32,000 nucleotides of DNA from Horticoccus luteus (GTDB lineage Bacteria > Verrucomicrobiota > Verrucomicrobiia > Opitutales > Opitutaceae), in contig NZ_CP080507.1 of the NCBI RefSeq assembly GCF_019464535.1, positions 3,240,001-3,272,000 of the forward strand. The letters are read 5' to 3'. Below the pieces are notes generated by a model that did not search any database, was not told the DNA's origin, and saw only the letters and a program-made list of their open reading frames with translations. Both the position numbers and the translations under genes were made by a program. Below are positions 1 through 8,305 of this stretch, in pieces (the first letter of the stretch is position 1; the number at the start of each line of letters is the position of its first letter).

Positions 1-69
1 TGGACAGTTCGATCGCGACGGCCCGTCGGCGACGGTGTCGCGCACTCCGCTCGGACGCCCCGCGCCCGT

Positions 70-1128
70 TCAGAAATCGAAGCCGATCATCAAGCGCAGC
101 AACCGGTAATCCGACGCCCGCACATCCGGATTGTTGTAACGCACCTCATGGCGCACGCCGACGGTGAGCGTCTCGGTCAACTTCTTATTGATCTCGAAAC
201 GATTCTCCCAACCCGCGTCCTGATTCGCGAGCGCGTAGTAATACACCGCACGATCGTTGAGCGTGATGCGCCACGGCAACTTCGCCTCCCACTCGCCGAA
301 GAGCGACTCGATGTTGCGCTCGTTGTGCCCGCCCTGCGTGAGCTGCCACGAATCGAACACGTTCTCGGAAACACCCACGCGCACCTTGTGCGCCGTCGTG
401 TTCACGAGATTCACACCGACGCCGAGCTCCTCCTGCAACAGCACGTAATCCGCCGGCACGTTGTTGATGAAATACGCCCGGTTCCACTCGATCGTCGGCC
501 GGTAGGTGAAGAACAACTTGTGCGGCAGATCGTGCCGGTAGGAAGCGTTCGCCCTCACGATATCCGTCGAGCGCGAGTTATCCACCGAACTGAAATCGTA
601 ACGCCCGTTGATCTGCACCTCGTCGCTCGTCCATTTGCGCTGCACCTTCGCCTCGACCATCGCGCTGTTGCGCGTCGCCGTATCCGAGGCCATGTCCGCC
701 GAAAACGAGAACCGGCCGTGCCACGCGCCAAAATATTTGCGCAACGCCAACGCCATCGCCCGCGGCGAAAACGGTGCCCGCGCCAGCCAGAACGTCGACT
801 CTTCCTCCGCCTCTTCCGCCGTCACGCCCGGCGCCGGCGGCGTTTTCGCCGCGACAACCTCCTTCGGCTTCTCCGCCAAAATCACTTCCGCATCCTTCAC
901 GGGCACGCGCAACAACCCGAAACGCTCCGACCGAAACACAATCACGTCGCCCGCCTTCTCCACCAGATGCCCGCCCACCCGATCACCATCGTTGTAAACC
1001 AGTTCATCCAGCGCCGGTTTGGCCGGAACAGGCACGACCGTGCCGCTCGCGTCTGCCGCCCGCGCCCAGCCCGCGCTGCCCACGAGCAACGCCAATGACC
1101 ACACCGCTGATTTCCAAGTCCGCCGCAT
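70..1128 (-). CDS. DUF481/YdiY-like outer-membrane beta-barrel protein
   Basis: ORF 70..1176. The likely start is the internal ATG at 1128, giving signal peptide MRRTWKSAVWSLALLVGSAGWARA. The N-terminal NDGDRVGGHL...VIVF motif resembles the DUF481 N-terminal repeat. The body has an alternating beta-strand pattern and ends ...MIGFDF, an aromatic terminus typical of OMPs. Confidence 0.6.
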   Translation of the reverse strand: MRRTWKSAVWSLALLVGSAGWARAADASGTVVPVPAKPALDELVYNDGDRVGGHLVEKAGDVIVFRSERFGLLRVPVKDAEVILAEKPKEVVAAKTPPAPGVTAEEAEEESTFWLARAPFSPRAMALALRKYFGAWHGRFSFSADMASDTATRNSAMVEAKVQRKWTSDEVQINGRYDFSSVDNSRSTDIVRANASYRHDLPHKLFFTYRPTIEWNRAYFINNVPADYVLLQEELGVGVNLVNTTAHKVRVGVSENVFDSWQLTQGGHNERNIESLFGEWEAKLPWRITLNDRAVYYYALANQDAGWENRFEINKKLTETLTVGVRHEVRYNNPDVRASDYRLLRLMIGFDF

Positions 1129-1288
1129 CAGATCTGACACGCGCGTTTCGACGTATGGGCGTTCACAGAGTTTCATGAAATTTTCAGCGATGGCCCGCGC
1201 GGCGCGCTAATGCCGCTCCAACTAATGCACAGTCCCGCCCGCCTTCAACCGCCGCTCGGCCCTGCGCTGAAATAATTTTCCCGCCGGC

Positions 1289-2440
1289 TCACACCAGGCA
1301 GGCCGCCAGCCCCGCCCGAATTTCCGCCTCCGGCAGAGTCACGCCGATAAACACCAACTCCTGCCGACGATCCCCGTGCGGCTCCGCCCAGCGCTCCCGC
1401 GTGCTCGGCGGAATCTCCGCGTCCGTGACCACCCCGCGCTCACGCAAAGCCGCCGCCCACGTGCCGATAAACTCCAAACGCGCCGCGCCACCCGCCACCG
1501 AGGCAAACCCCATGTCCGCCGCGCGCTCGCGCACCCAGAAGAAGCCCTTCGCCCGCAACAACCCTTCCGGCAACGCCGCCTCGAACCACGCCCGCAATTT
1601 CTCCTCCGCGAACGCCCGCCGCTCCTCGTAAACGAAGCTCGTGATGCCAAACGCCGCCTCATGCCGCCCCGCCACCGCCGGCCCCGTTCGCACCGCCGCG
1701 TGGCGCGCCGCGCCGCCCAGCAATCGCACCCATTCCGCCGCGCCCGGCGTCACGTCCGCTTGAAAGCGCACCCGCCCGACCACCTCCGCCGCCGCCACGC
1801 GCCCTTGGGCCACGCGCCAGATTTCCGCGCGCGCATTGACGGCGCGCACCAACGCTTCGACGCGCCGCACCGCCTCCGCCGTGGCGACGTCGCACTTGTT
1901 CAACACCACCACGTCCGCGCACTCGACCTGTTCCAACATCAAATCAAACACCGGTTTCACGCCGCTCGCCGCCCTCTTTCTCCCGTCGCGCGACTTGCGT
2001 TCCTCCACCTCGAACTGCCGCGCATCGACCACGGTCACCAACGCACTCAACTGCGCAAAATCATCCAGCTTCCGTCCGAAGGGATTGGTCCGCGTAAACA
2101 GCCGCACGATCGACCGCGGATCGGCCACCCCCGTCGCCTCCACAAACACATGCGCGTAATCCCCCGTGGCCGCCAGTTCCGCCAACGTCTCCGCCAGTTC
2201 GTCGCGCACCGTGCAGCACACGCAACCGTTCCCGAGCGGCACCACCCGTTGCGCCCCGGCGGCCGCGACCAGCGCCGCATCGATGTTGATCGCCGCCACG
2301 TCGTTCACGATCGCCGCCCACCGGCGCCCCTCCGCCTGCCCCAGCAGGTGCCGCAGCAACGTCGTTTTGCCCGCGCCGAGGAAACCGCTCAACACCGTCA
2401 CCGGCGGACGCGATCGGGGAGAATCTGAGGGCGGGACCAT
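1289..2440 (-). CDS. COG0523 / CobW-family G3E GTPase (putative metallochaperone)
   Basis: P-loop GFLGAGKTTLL, CxCC motif GCVCCTVRDEL, NKCD guanine-specificity motif (LNKCDV) and a CobW_C-like C-terminal half. ATG at 2440 is preferred over the upstream GTG at 2476, which would lie only 10 nt from the modA start. Confidence 0.85.
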   Translation of the reverse strand: MVPPSDSPRSRPPVTVLSGFLGAGKTTLLRHLLGQAEGRRWAAIVNDVAAINIDAALVAAAGAQRVVPLGNGCVCCTVRDELAETLAELAATGDYAHVFVEATGVADPRSIVRLFTRTNPFGRKLDDFAQLSALVTVVDARQFEVEERKSRDGRKRAASGVKPVFDLMLEQVECADVVVLNKCDVATAEAVRRVEALVRAVNARAEIWRVAQGRVAAAEVVGRVRFQADVTPGAAEWVRLLGGAARHAAVRTGPAVAGRHEAAFGITSFVYEERRAFAEEKLRAWFEAALPEGLLRAKGFFWVRERAADMGFASVAGGAARLEFIGTWAAALRERGVVTDAEIPPSTRERWAEPHGDRRQELVFIGVTLPEAEIRAGLAACLV

Positions 2441-2486
2441 CTTGCGCAGGCTTCCATCGTGGCCAGAAAAAGGCACGCTTCAACCC

Positions 2487-3296
2487 ATGCTCACCTTCGC
2501 GCGCCGCTTCGCATTTTTTCTCGCGACCGCCGCCGCGCTCGCCGCCGCCGACCGCGTCTCCGTCGCCGCCGCCGCCAACCTCGTTTACGCCCTCGACGCC
2601 CTCAACGCCGCCTTCCGCGCCACCGAGCCCGGCACCACCGTCGTCGTCACCACCGCCGCCTCCGGCAACCTCGTCGCCCAGATCCGCAACGGCGCCCCTT
2701 ACGACGTCTTCCTCTCCGCCGATCTTGCTTACCCGCGCACGCTACTCACCAGCGGCGACGCCGCCGCCGGCACACTCACGCCTTTCGCCGTGGGCCGCCT
2801 CGTCGTCTGGACGATGCGCCCCGAACTCGACCTCGGTTCCGTCGGCGTCCTCATGCGCAACACCGCCGTGCACAAAGTCGCCCTCGCCCAACCCGAGACG
2901 GCGCCCTACGGCCGTGCCGCCCGCGAAGCGCTGCGCAAACTCGAAGTCTGGTCGGAGGTGCAGGGGAAAATCGTGATCGGCGACAGCGTCTCGCAAGCGG
3001 CTCAATTCGTGCAGTCCGGCAACGCCGATTGCGGGTTCGTCGCTCTTTCGCTCGTCGTCTCGCCCGAGCTCACGGGCAAAGGCCGCTATCTCGAAGTCCC
3101 GCTCGAACTTTACTCGCCGATCACCGAAGCCGCCGTGCTCACGACGTTCGGACGCGAAAACGCCGCCGCCCGCCGTTATCTCGCGTTTCTCGTCAGCCCG
3201 GCGGCGCGCGAAATTTTCACCCGCTTCGGCTATGGCATTCCCCCCGCCGGTGCCGTCGCGCCCGTCGCGCCGCCCGCCACGTCGCCTGCGAGCTGA
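2487..3296 (+). CDS. modA: Molybdate ABC transporter periplasmic substrate-binding protein
   Basis: Internal ATG at 2487 of ORF 2166..3296 gives signal peptide MLTFARRFAFFLATAAALAAA. ModA-like motifs are present: AAAANL...ASGNLVAQIRNGAPYDVFLSAD, PYGRAAREAL and NADCGFVALS. The upstream part of the ORF is antisense to the COG0523 gene. Confidence 0.85.
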   Translation: MLTFARRFAFFLATAAALAAADRVSVAAAANLVYALDALNAAFRATEPGTTVVVTTAASGNLVAQIRNGAPYDVFLSADLAYPRTLLTSGDAAAGTLTPFAVGRLVVWTMRPELDLGSVGVLMRNTAVHKVALAQPETAPYGRAAREALRKLEVWSEVQGKIVIGDSVSQAAQFVQSGNADCGFVALSLVVSPELTGKGRYLEVPLELYSPITEAAVLTTFGRENAAARRYLAFLVSPAAREIFTRFGYGIPPAGAVAPVAPPATSPAS

Positions 3297-3341
3297 CGCC
3301 GCCCCGCCCCACGAAGATTCACTGGAGCTTGCCGGCGGGTT

Positions 3342-4058
3342 GTGGAACGCTCGCCGCTCTCCGTGTCCGACGCCGCGTCCACCTTCCTCGGCCTTTCCGC
3401 TCCGCTCTGGCAAAGCCTCGGGCTGACACTTCGCCTCGCGGCTTGCACGACGATCATTCTCGGCGTGATCGGGCTCCCGCTCGCGCGTTGGCTTAACCGC
3501 ACCCGCTGCCGCCTCGCGCCGATCCTCGAAACATTCGTCACGCTGCCCGTCGTCCTGCCTCCCACCGTCATCGGCTTCTATCTGCTGCTCGCGTTTTCCC
3601 CCCAACACGCACCCGGCTCCTGGTGGCGCGCGGTCGTCGGCCTGCCGCTCGCGTTTTCGTTCACCGGCCTCGTCATCGCGTCGGTGATTTATTCGCTGCC
3701 TTTCGCCGTGCAACCGTTTCAAGCCGCACTCCGCTCCGTACCGCATGACTTGCTCGACGCCGGCGCAGCGAGCGGCGCTTCCCCGTGGCGGGTTTTTCTT
3801 CGCCTGCACATTCCCCTCGCCTGGCGCGGCCTGCTCGCCGGCCTCACGCTCGGCTTCGCCCACACGCTCGGTGAATTTGGCGTCGTGCTGATGATCGGCG
3901 GCTCGATCCCGGGCGTCACCAAAGTCGCCAGCATCGCCCTCTACGACGAAGTGCAACGTCTCGATTACGCTCAAGCCCACGGCCTCGCCGCAGTCCTTCT
4001 CGCGGTCTCCTTCATCCTGCTGTTTCTGGTCACGCTGCTGCAACGCCGCGCGCGCTGA
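3342..4058 (+). CDS. modB: Molybdate ABC transporter permease
   Basis: GTG start. ModB-type motifs FVTLPVVLPPTVIGFYLL and LLDAGAASGASPWRVFLRLHIPLA...LGEFGVVLMIGGSIPGVTKVASIALYD. About 5 predicted TM segments. Confidence 0.85.
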   Translation: MERSPLSVSDAASTFLGLSAPLWQSLGLTLRLAACTTIILGVIGLPLARWLNRTRCRLAPILETFVTLPVVLPPTVIGFYLLLAFSPQHAPGSWWRAVVGLPLAFSFTGLVIASVIYSLPFAVQPFQAALRSVPHDLLDAGAASGASPWRVFLRLHIPLAWRGLLAGLTLGFAHTLGEFGVVLMIGGSIPGVTKVASIALYDEVQRLDYAQAHGLAAVLLAVSFILLFLVTLLQRRAR

Positions 4059-4122
4059 CCTTTGCGTCCCCGACACCATTTTCCTCCCGCTCGGGCCAAT
4101 TCACGTTTAACGTCCGCCTGCC

Positions 4123-5619
4123 ATGCTTCGCGTCGTCGCCCTCGTTCTCTGCTCCACCTTCCTCACCGCCTCCGCCGCGGCGGCCGATGCCTCGCTTCAC
4201 CTTGCCGCCCTCCCCGCCCCCGGCGCGCCCCACGCGAGCGCGCCCGCGTTCGCCACGTCGCCCGACGGCGCTGTTTATCTGAGCTGGCTCGAACCCGCGG
4301 GCGAGGCGCAGGCCGCCTTGCGGATCGCGCGCTACGATGCCGCGACCGGCCAGTGGACCGCTCCGCACACGATCGCCACCACCCGCGCGTTCGCGTCCGA
4401 TCGCACCGCGCCGCCCCAACTCGCCGCCGCCAACAATGGTCAACTCGCCGCCGTCTGGACCACCCCGCCCGATGCGAAAAACATTTCCGCCTGGGTCAGC
4501 CGCAGCTCCGACGCCGGCACCACCTGGTCGGCACCGGAGCCCCTCACCACCGCCTCCGCCACCGTCGAATTTCCCGCCGTCGCGCTCTCGCCCCAAGGCC
4601 GCGCTTTCTCGGCGTGGCTCGATGGCCGCGCCCATCCCGGCGGCCCCACGCAACTCTCCATCCGCCCCTTGGCCACCGGCGCCACCGCAGACGCCGTCGA
4701 TCAACGCGTCTGCGATTGTTGCGCCCCCGCGCTTCTTGCGTTTCCCGACGGCTCCGCCCTCGTCGCCTATCGCGATCGCTCCTCCGAAGAAGTGCGTGAT
4801 ATCGCCGTCGCACGTTTCACCGACGGTGAATGGAGCGAACCAACTCCGCTCAACGAAGACGGCTGGCACCTTGACGGCTGCCCGGTCGACGGCCCGCGCC
4901 TCTCCGCCGTCGGCGGCCACGTCGCCGCCATCTGGTTTACCGCCGCCGACCACGACCCTCGCGTGCTCACCTCCTTTTCCCCCGACGCCGGTGAACGCTT
5001 CACCATGCCGCAACGCGTCGAGCTGCGCCGCGCCGTCGGTCGGCCCGATATCGTCAGCCTCCGCGACGGCACCCGCGTCGTCTCGTGGATCGAAGCGGCT
5101 GACCCGTCGGAAAAGCGTCCCGCCACCCTCTATGCCCGCCGCGTTTCGCCGCAGGACGAGCTCGGTGAACCCGTCGCCCTCGCACCGGCGAACGACGTGC
5201 GCGCGCTCGGCTTTCCCCGCCTCGCCTTGGTAAAAGATTACGACCAAACCCCCGCGCAGGTGGTCGCCGTTTACGGCACCGACGACGGCCTCGCCGCCAC
5301 CCTCCTCACGCTGCCGCCCCTTTCCGCTCTCGCGGGCCGTGCGCCATGCGCGCCCTGCGATGAAGCCGAAGCCGCCGCCGCCCGCGGTTTTGCGCTGCGC
5401 GGCGAAGTCGTTTCCCTCACTCCCGCGCGCCACACGGTCCTCGTGAAACATGACGCGATTCCCGGCGTCATGCAGGCGATGACCATGGAGTTCACCGTCG
5501 ACGACGCCACGTTCCGAGCCCTCGCCGTGGGACAAACCATCCTCGGCCGTATCGAGCGGCGCGGCCGCACGTGGTGGCTTTTCGCCGTGAAAACGATCGG
5601 CGCAGCGCAGTCCTCTTGA
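4123..5619 (+). CDS. Exported Asp-box (BNR/sialidase-fold-like) beta-propeller protein with C-terminal CusF-like metal-binding domain
   Basis: Signal peptide MLRVVALVLCSTFLTASAAAADA. Canonical Asp-box SRSSDAGTTWS plus a degenerate FSPDAGERFT. Cys motifs VCDCCAP and DGCPVDGP. The C-terminal ~70 aa (GEVVSLTPARHTVLVKHDAIPGVMQAMTMEFTV...GQTILGRIERRGRTWWLFAV) match the CusF pattern H..IP....MTM.F. Confidence 0.7.
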   Translation: MLRVVALVLCSTFLTASAAAADASLHLAALPAPGAPHASAPAFATSPDGAVYLSWLEPAGEAQAALRIARYDAATGQWTAPHTIATTRAFASDRTAPPQLAAANNGQLAAVWTTPPDAKNISAWVSRSSDAGTTWSAPEPLTTASATVEFPAVALSPQGRAFSAWLDGRAHPGGPTQLSIRPLATGATADAVDQRVCDCCAPALLAFPDGSALVAYRDRSSEEVRDIAVARFTDGEWSEPTPLNEDGWHLDGCPVDGPRLSAVGGHVAAIWFTAADHDPRVLTSFSPDAGERFTMPQRVELRRAVGRPDIVSLRDGTRVVSWIEAADPSEKRPATLYARRVSPQDELGEPVALAPANDVRALGFPRLALVKDYDQTPAQVVAVYGTDDGLAATLLTLPPLSALAGRAPCAPCDEAEAAAARGFALRGEVVSLTPARHTVLVKHDAIPGVMQAMTMEFTVDDATFRALAVGQTILGRIERRGRTWWLFAVKTIGAAQSS

Positions 5620-5650
5620 CGCGTTTGCTACAAATCAGTCTTCACCACTC

Positions 5651-5971
5651 GTGATTTCGCGTTCTCACCGCCCTTCGTTCCTGCGCCGCACGCTCGCGGT
5701 CGCCGCCGCGTTGATCGTCCTCGCGCTCACGATTCTGGCGGTCAGTCCCGCGCTGCACGCGCGACTCCACGCCGCCACACCTGATCACGCCGGCGAACAA
5801 GGCTGCGTCGTCTCCCTCTTCGCCCAAGGCATCGAGCCGTTGCTCGCCGCCGCGGTGCTGATTGCAGCGCCGGTCATACACGCGCTCGTCGCACCCCGCC
5901 CCGTCCGCGAAATCTTTCTCGTCGCCCCGCGCTTTCTGCGTTTGCCCGAGCGCGGTCCACCCGGCTCCTGA
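5651..5971 (+). CDS. Small His/Cys-motif membrane protein (DUF2946-like in size and context only)
   Basis: GTG start with no internal Met. One N-terminal TM (LAVAAALIVLALTILAV), then LHARLHAATPDHAGEQGCVVSLFAQG and a second hydrophobic segment. GC3-rich codons are consistent with coding. Lies 31 nt after the propeller gene and 108 nt before the TonB-dependent receptor. Confidence 0.45.
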   Translation: MISRSHRPSFLRRTLAVAAALIVLALTILAVSPALHARLHAATPDHAGEQGCVVSLFAQGIEPLLAAAVLIAAPVIHALVAPRPVREIFLVAPRFLRLPERGPPGS

Positions 5972-5981
5972 ATCCTGCCTG

Positions 5982-6008
5982 TCGTTTTCGCGCATCGCGC
6001 GGAAACGA
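5982..6008 (+). promoter_or_regulatory. Stem-loop (12 bp including one G-U, 3-nt loop) between the small ORF and the TonB-dependent receptor; possible attenuator/terminator or operator palindrome
   Basis: tcgttttcgcgc-atc-gcgcggaaacga, 11 nt after the stop of the small ORF, followed by an alternating (CG)n run cgcgcgcgcgc. There is no U-tract, so it is not a canonical intrinsic terminator. Confidence 0.4.
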
Positions 6009-6079
6009 GCTTCGCGCGCGCGCTTTCCCCCGAGTTGGCGGCGCTGCGCGCTCACCACCCGTTCGCTCATGGATTCAAC

Positions 6080-8143
6080 ATGCCTAAAAATTTTCGCCTC
6101 CTTTTTTTCGTTCTCACTTCCACCGCGCTCCTGCGCGCCCAGTCCACGCCTCCGCCGGCTCCGCCCAACGACGACACCGTCCATCTCGATGCCTTCGTCG
6201 TGACGGCCGGCGGCAATGGCCAGACCGCCTTCGATCTCGCGCAAGGCACCTCCATCCTCACCGGCGCCGAGCTGGCGCGGCGCACCCAGCCCTCACTCGG
6301 CGAAACGCTCTCCGCCACGCCCGGCGTCACCTCGACATATTTCGGCCCGGGCGCCAGCCGGCCTGTGATCCGCGGCCTCGGCGGCGATCGCATCCGCGTT
6401 CTCGCCAACGGCGTCGGCTCGCTCGATGCGTCCAACGTCAGCCCCGATCACACGACCGCGCTCGAACCGCTCTTCGCCTCACGCATCGAGGTGTTGCGCG
6501 GCCCGTCCACTCTCCTCTACGGCAGCTCCGCGGTCGGCGGCGTGGTCAACGTGATCGACAACGCGATCCCTTCCGTCGCCGGTGATGGCACGGCGCACGG
6601 CGCGTTCGAGGTCCGCGGCCTCGGTGCCGCCGATGAACGCGCCGCGCTCGCCAGCATCGAGTCTGGCACCGCCACCTTCGCGCTGCACGTCAACGCTCTG
6701 CGCCGCCGCACCGGCGACGTGGCGATCCCGGGCGTCGCCCGGATCGATGCCGCCGCGCCCCCCGATCAGCCCACCGGCACGTTGCCGAATTCCGCCACCG
6801 ACACGCAAAGTGGTTCCGTCGGGGGCACCGCCTTCTGGAGTGCCGGCCACCTCGGCGCCGCGCTCACCCAATATCAAACGATCTACGGTGTGCCCACCGG
6901 CGAAGACCCGCCTGTCAGCATTAATCTCAAGCAAACCCGCTTCGATCTCGACGGCGAGATCACCGAACCTTTCGGCATTTTCCGCAGCGCCACCGCCCGC
7001 TTTGGTTATGCGCGTTATCGCCACAGCGAACTCGACGGCAGCGACATCGGCACCACGTTCCACAACCGCGCATGGGAAGGCCGCCTCGAACTCCCGCACG
7101 TTGCCCTCGGCGATTTCTCCGGCACCGTCGGCGTGCAGAGTTCGTTCAGCGATTTCTCCGCCACCGGTGAAGAGGTGGTCACCCCGCCCTCGCGCACCGG
7201 GACGGCGGCCCTCTTCGCTCTCGAAGAGTGGAAACGCCCCCGCCTCACCCTGCAGCTCGGGGCTCGTTACGAACGCCAGTCCATCACGCTCGGCGAGGTC
7301 GCGCCCGGCCTCCCGTCGCCTCCCGGTTACACCGCCACAAGCGGCGAAAAAAAATCCCTCGGCGGCGTCAGCGCCTCCTCCGGCGTCGTCGTTTACCCGG
7401 CCGAAAACTATTCGGTCGGCCTCTCGCTCGCCTATTCCGAACGCCTGCCCACCGTGCAGGAATTGTTTTCCAACGGCCCGCACGGCGGCACCGCCGCCTA
7501 CGAGGTCGGCACGTCCACGCTCGGCGTGGAGCGCTCGCTCGGTGCCGATCTCAGCGTCCGCAAACGCGCCGGCTTCGTCACTGGCAGCCTCGGCGCTTTC
7601 GTGAACCGGTTCCGCGACTACGTTTACGAAGAACCGCTGGCCTCCAACGCGATTCCCGCCGTCAACAATCCCGACGCGCTCACGCCCTACCAATTCGTCG
7701 CGGCCGATGCGTTGTTTTACGGCGGTGAGGCGGAGCTGACTTTCCACCTCGTCGACCGCCCTGGCCGGCGTTTCCACACCACGCTCCTCGGCGACTACGT
7801 GCACGCCCAGCAAACCACCGCCGATACCCCTCTGCCCCGCCTCCCTCCGCTGCGCTATGGCGTGCGTTTCGATCTGGGCGACGAACACTGGGACGCGAGC
7901 GCCGAGATCCGCCACAACCTCCGCCAAAATCGCGTCAGCCCCGGCGAGACGCCGACCGCCGCCGCTACGCTCCTCAACGCGAATCTCGCCTACACGCTTC
8001 CCGTCGGCCGCTGCACCTACGCGTTTTTTCTCCGCGCCGACAACCTCGCGAATGCGGAGGTGCGCGTCTCGACCTCGTTTCTCAAAGATCTCGCGCCGCT
8101 GCCCGGCCGCAGCCTCACCCTTGGCGTGCGCACAAGCTTCTGA
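6080..8143 (+). CDS. TonB-dependent outer-membrane receptor (metal-type, ZnuD/OprC-like class unresolved)
   Basis: ATG at 6080 gives signal peptide MPKNFRLLFFVLTSTALLRAQ. TonB-box-like VHLDAFVVTA. Plug motifs RPVIRGLGGDRIRVLANGV...SPDH...IEVLRGPSTLLYGSSAVGGVVNV. Long beta-barrel ending ...LTLGVRTSF. Confidence 0.9.
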   Translation: MPKNFRLLFFVLTSTALLRAQSTPPPAPPNDDTVHLDAFVVTAGGNGQTAFDLAQGTSILTGAELARRTQPSLGETLSATPGVTSTYFGPGASRPVIRGLGGDRIRVLANGVGSLDASNVSPDHTTALEPLFASRIEVLRGPSTLLYGSSAVGGVVNVIDNAIPSVAGDGTAHGAFEVRGLGAADERAALASIESGTATFALHVNALRRRTGDVAIPGVARIDAAAPPDQPTGTLPNSATDTQSGSVGGTAFWSAGHLGAALTQYQTIYGVPTGEDPPVSINLKQTRFDLDGEITEPFGIFRSATARFGYARYRHSELDGSDIGTTFHNRAWEGRLELPHVALGDFSGTVGVQSSFSDFSATGEEVVTPPSRTGTAALFALEEWKRPRLTLQLGARYERQSITLGEVAPGLPSPPGYTATSGEKKSLGGVSASSGVVVYPAENYSVGLSLAYSERLPTVQELFSNGPHGGTAAYEVGTSTLGVERSLGADLSVRKRAGFVTGSLGAFVNRFRDYVYEEPLASNAIPAVNNPDALTPYQFVAADALFYGGEAELTFHLVDRPGRRFHTTLLGDYVHAQQTTADTPLPRLPPLRYGVRFDLGDEHWDASAEIRHNLRQNRVSPGETPTAAATLLNANLAYTLPVGRCTYAFFLRADNLANAEVRVSTSFLKDLAPLPGRSLTLGVRTSF

Positions 8144-8163
8144 GCCCGCGATGAACCCGACCC

Positions 8164-8199
8164 TTGATCGGCGGCGGACATCCCGGCGCCGCCGATCAA
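8164..8199 (+). terminator. Perfect 13-bp stem / 10-nt loop hairpin 21 nt downstream of the TonB-dependent receptor stop
   Basis: ttgatcggcggcg (8164..8176), loop gacatcccgg, then cgccgccgatcaa (8187..8199), an exact reverse complement. There is no trailing T-tract. Confidence 0.5.
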
Positions 8200-8305
8200 C
8201 GACGGCGGGCGCTCGCAGGACACGTGGCGACAATGGCGCCTCGCGATGAACCGACGCCGAAACCTCTGGTCAGTGTTGGGCGTGCGCGCGATGCACCGTT
8301 GAGCC

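Noticed and set aside
2166-2486. N-terminal 107-codon extension of the modA ORF
   Set aside because: It is antisense to the COG0523 coding sequence and has no signal peptide. The internal ATG at 2487 gives a proper signal peptide and normal ModA length.
2441-2486. Moco riboswitch or ModE operator upstream of modA
   Set aside because: A leader of 46 nt or less cannot hold the ~130-nt Moco motif, and no palindrome is visible.
4103-4113. 11-nt palindrome ACGTTTAACGT 10 nt upstream of the propeller-CusF gene start
   Set aside because: Arms of 5 nt are too short to separate from chance, and I see no second copy in the window.
5972-6079. Cobalamin riboswitch upstream of the TonB-dependent receptor, prompted by the CobW-family neighbour
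   Set aside because: At 108 nt the region is too short. I find no B12-box-like GCCACTG core and no multi-stem architecture, only a single hairpin.
148-8233. Long alternate-frame and antisense ORFs overlapping the left-hand genes (for example 148..1098 +, 1376..2428 +, 2459..3496 +, 2742..4079 -, 4030..5535 -, 4337..5233 +, 6479..8233 -, 6582..7604 +)
   Set aside because: Their translations are Arg/Gly/Pro/Ala-rich low-complexity strings with no motifs, as expected for stop-poor shadow frames in GC-rich DNA. The chosen frames have signal peptides and recognisable family motifs.
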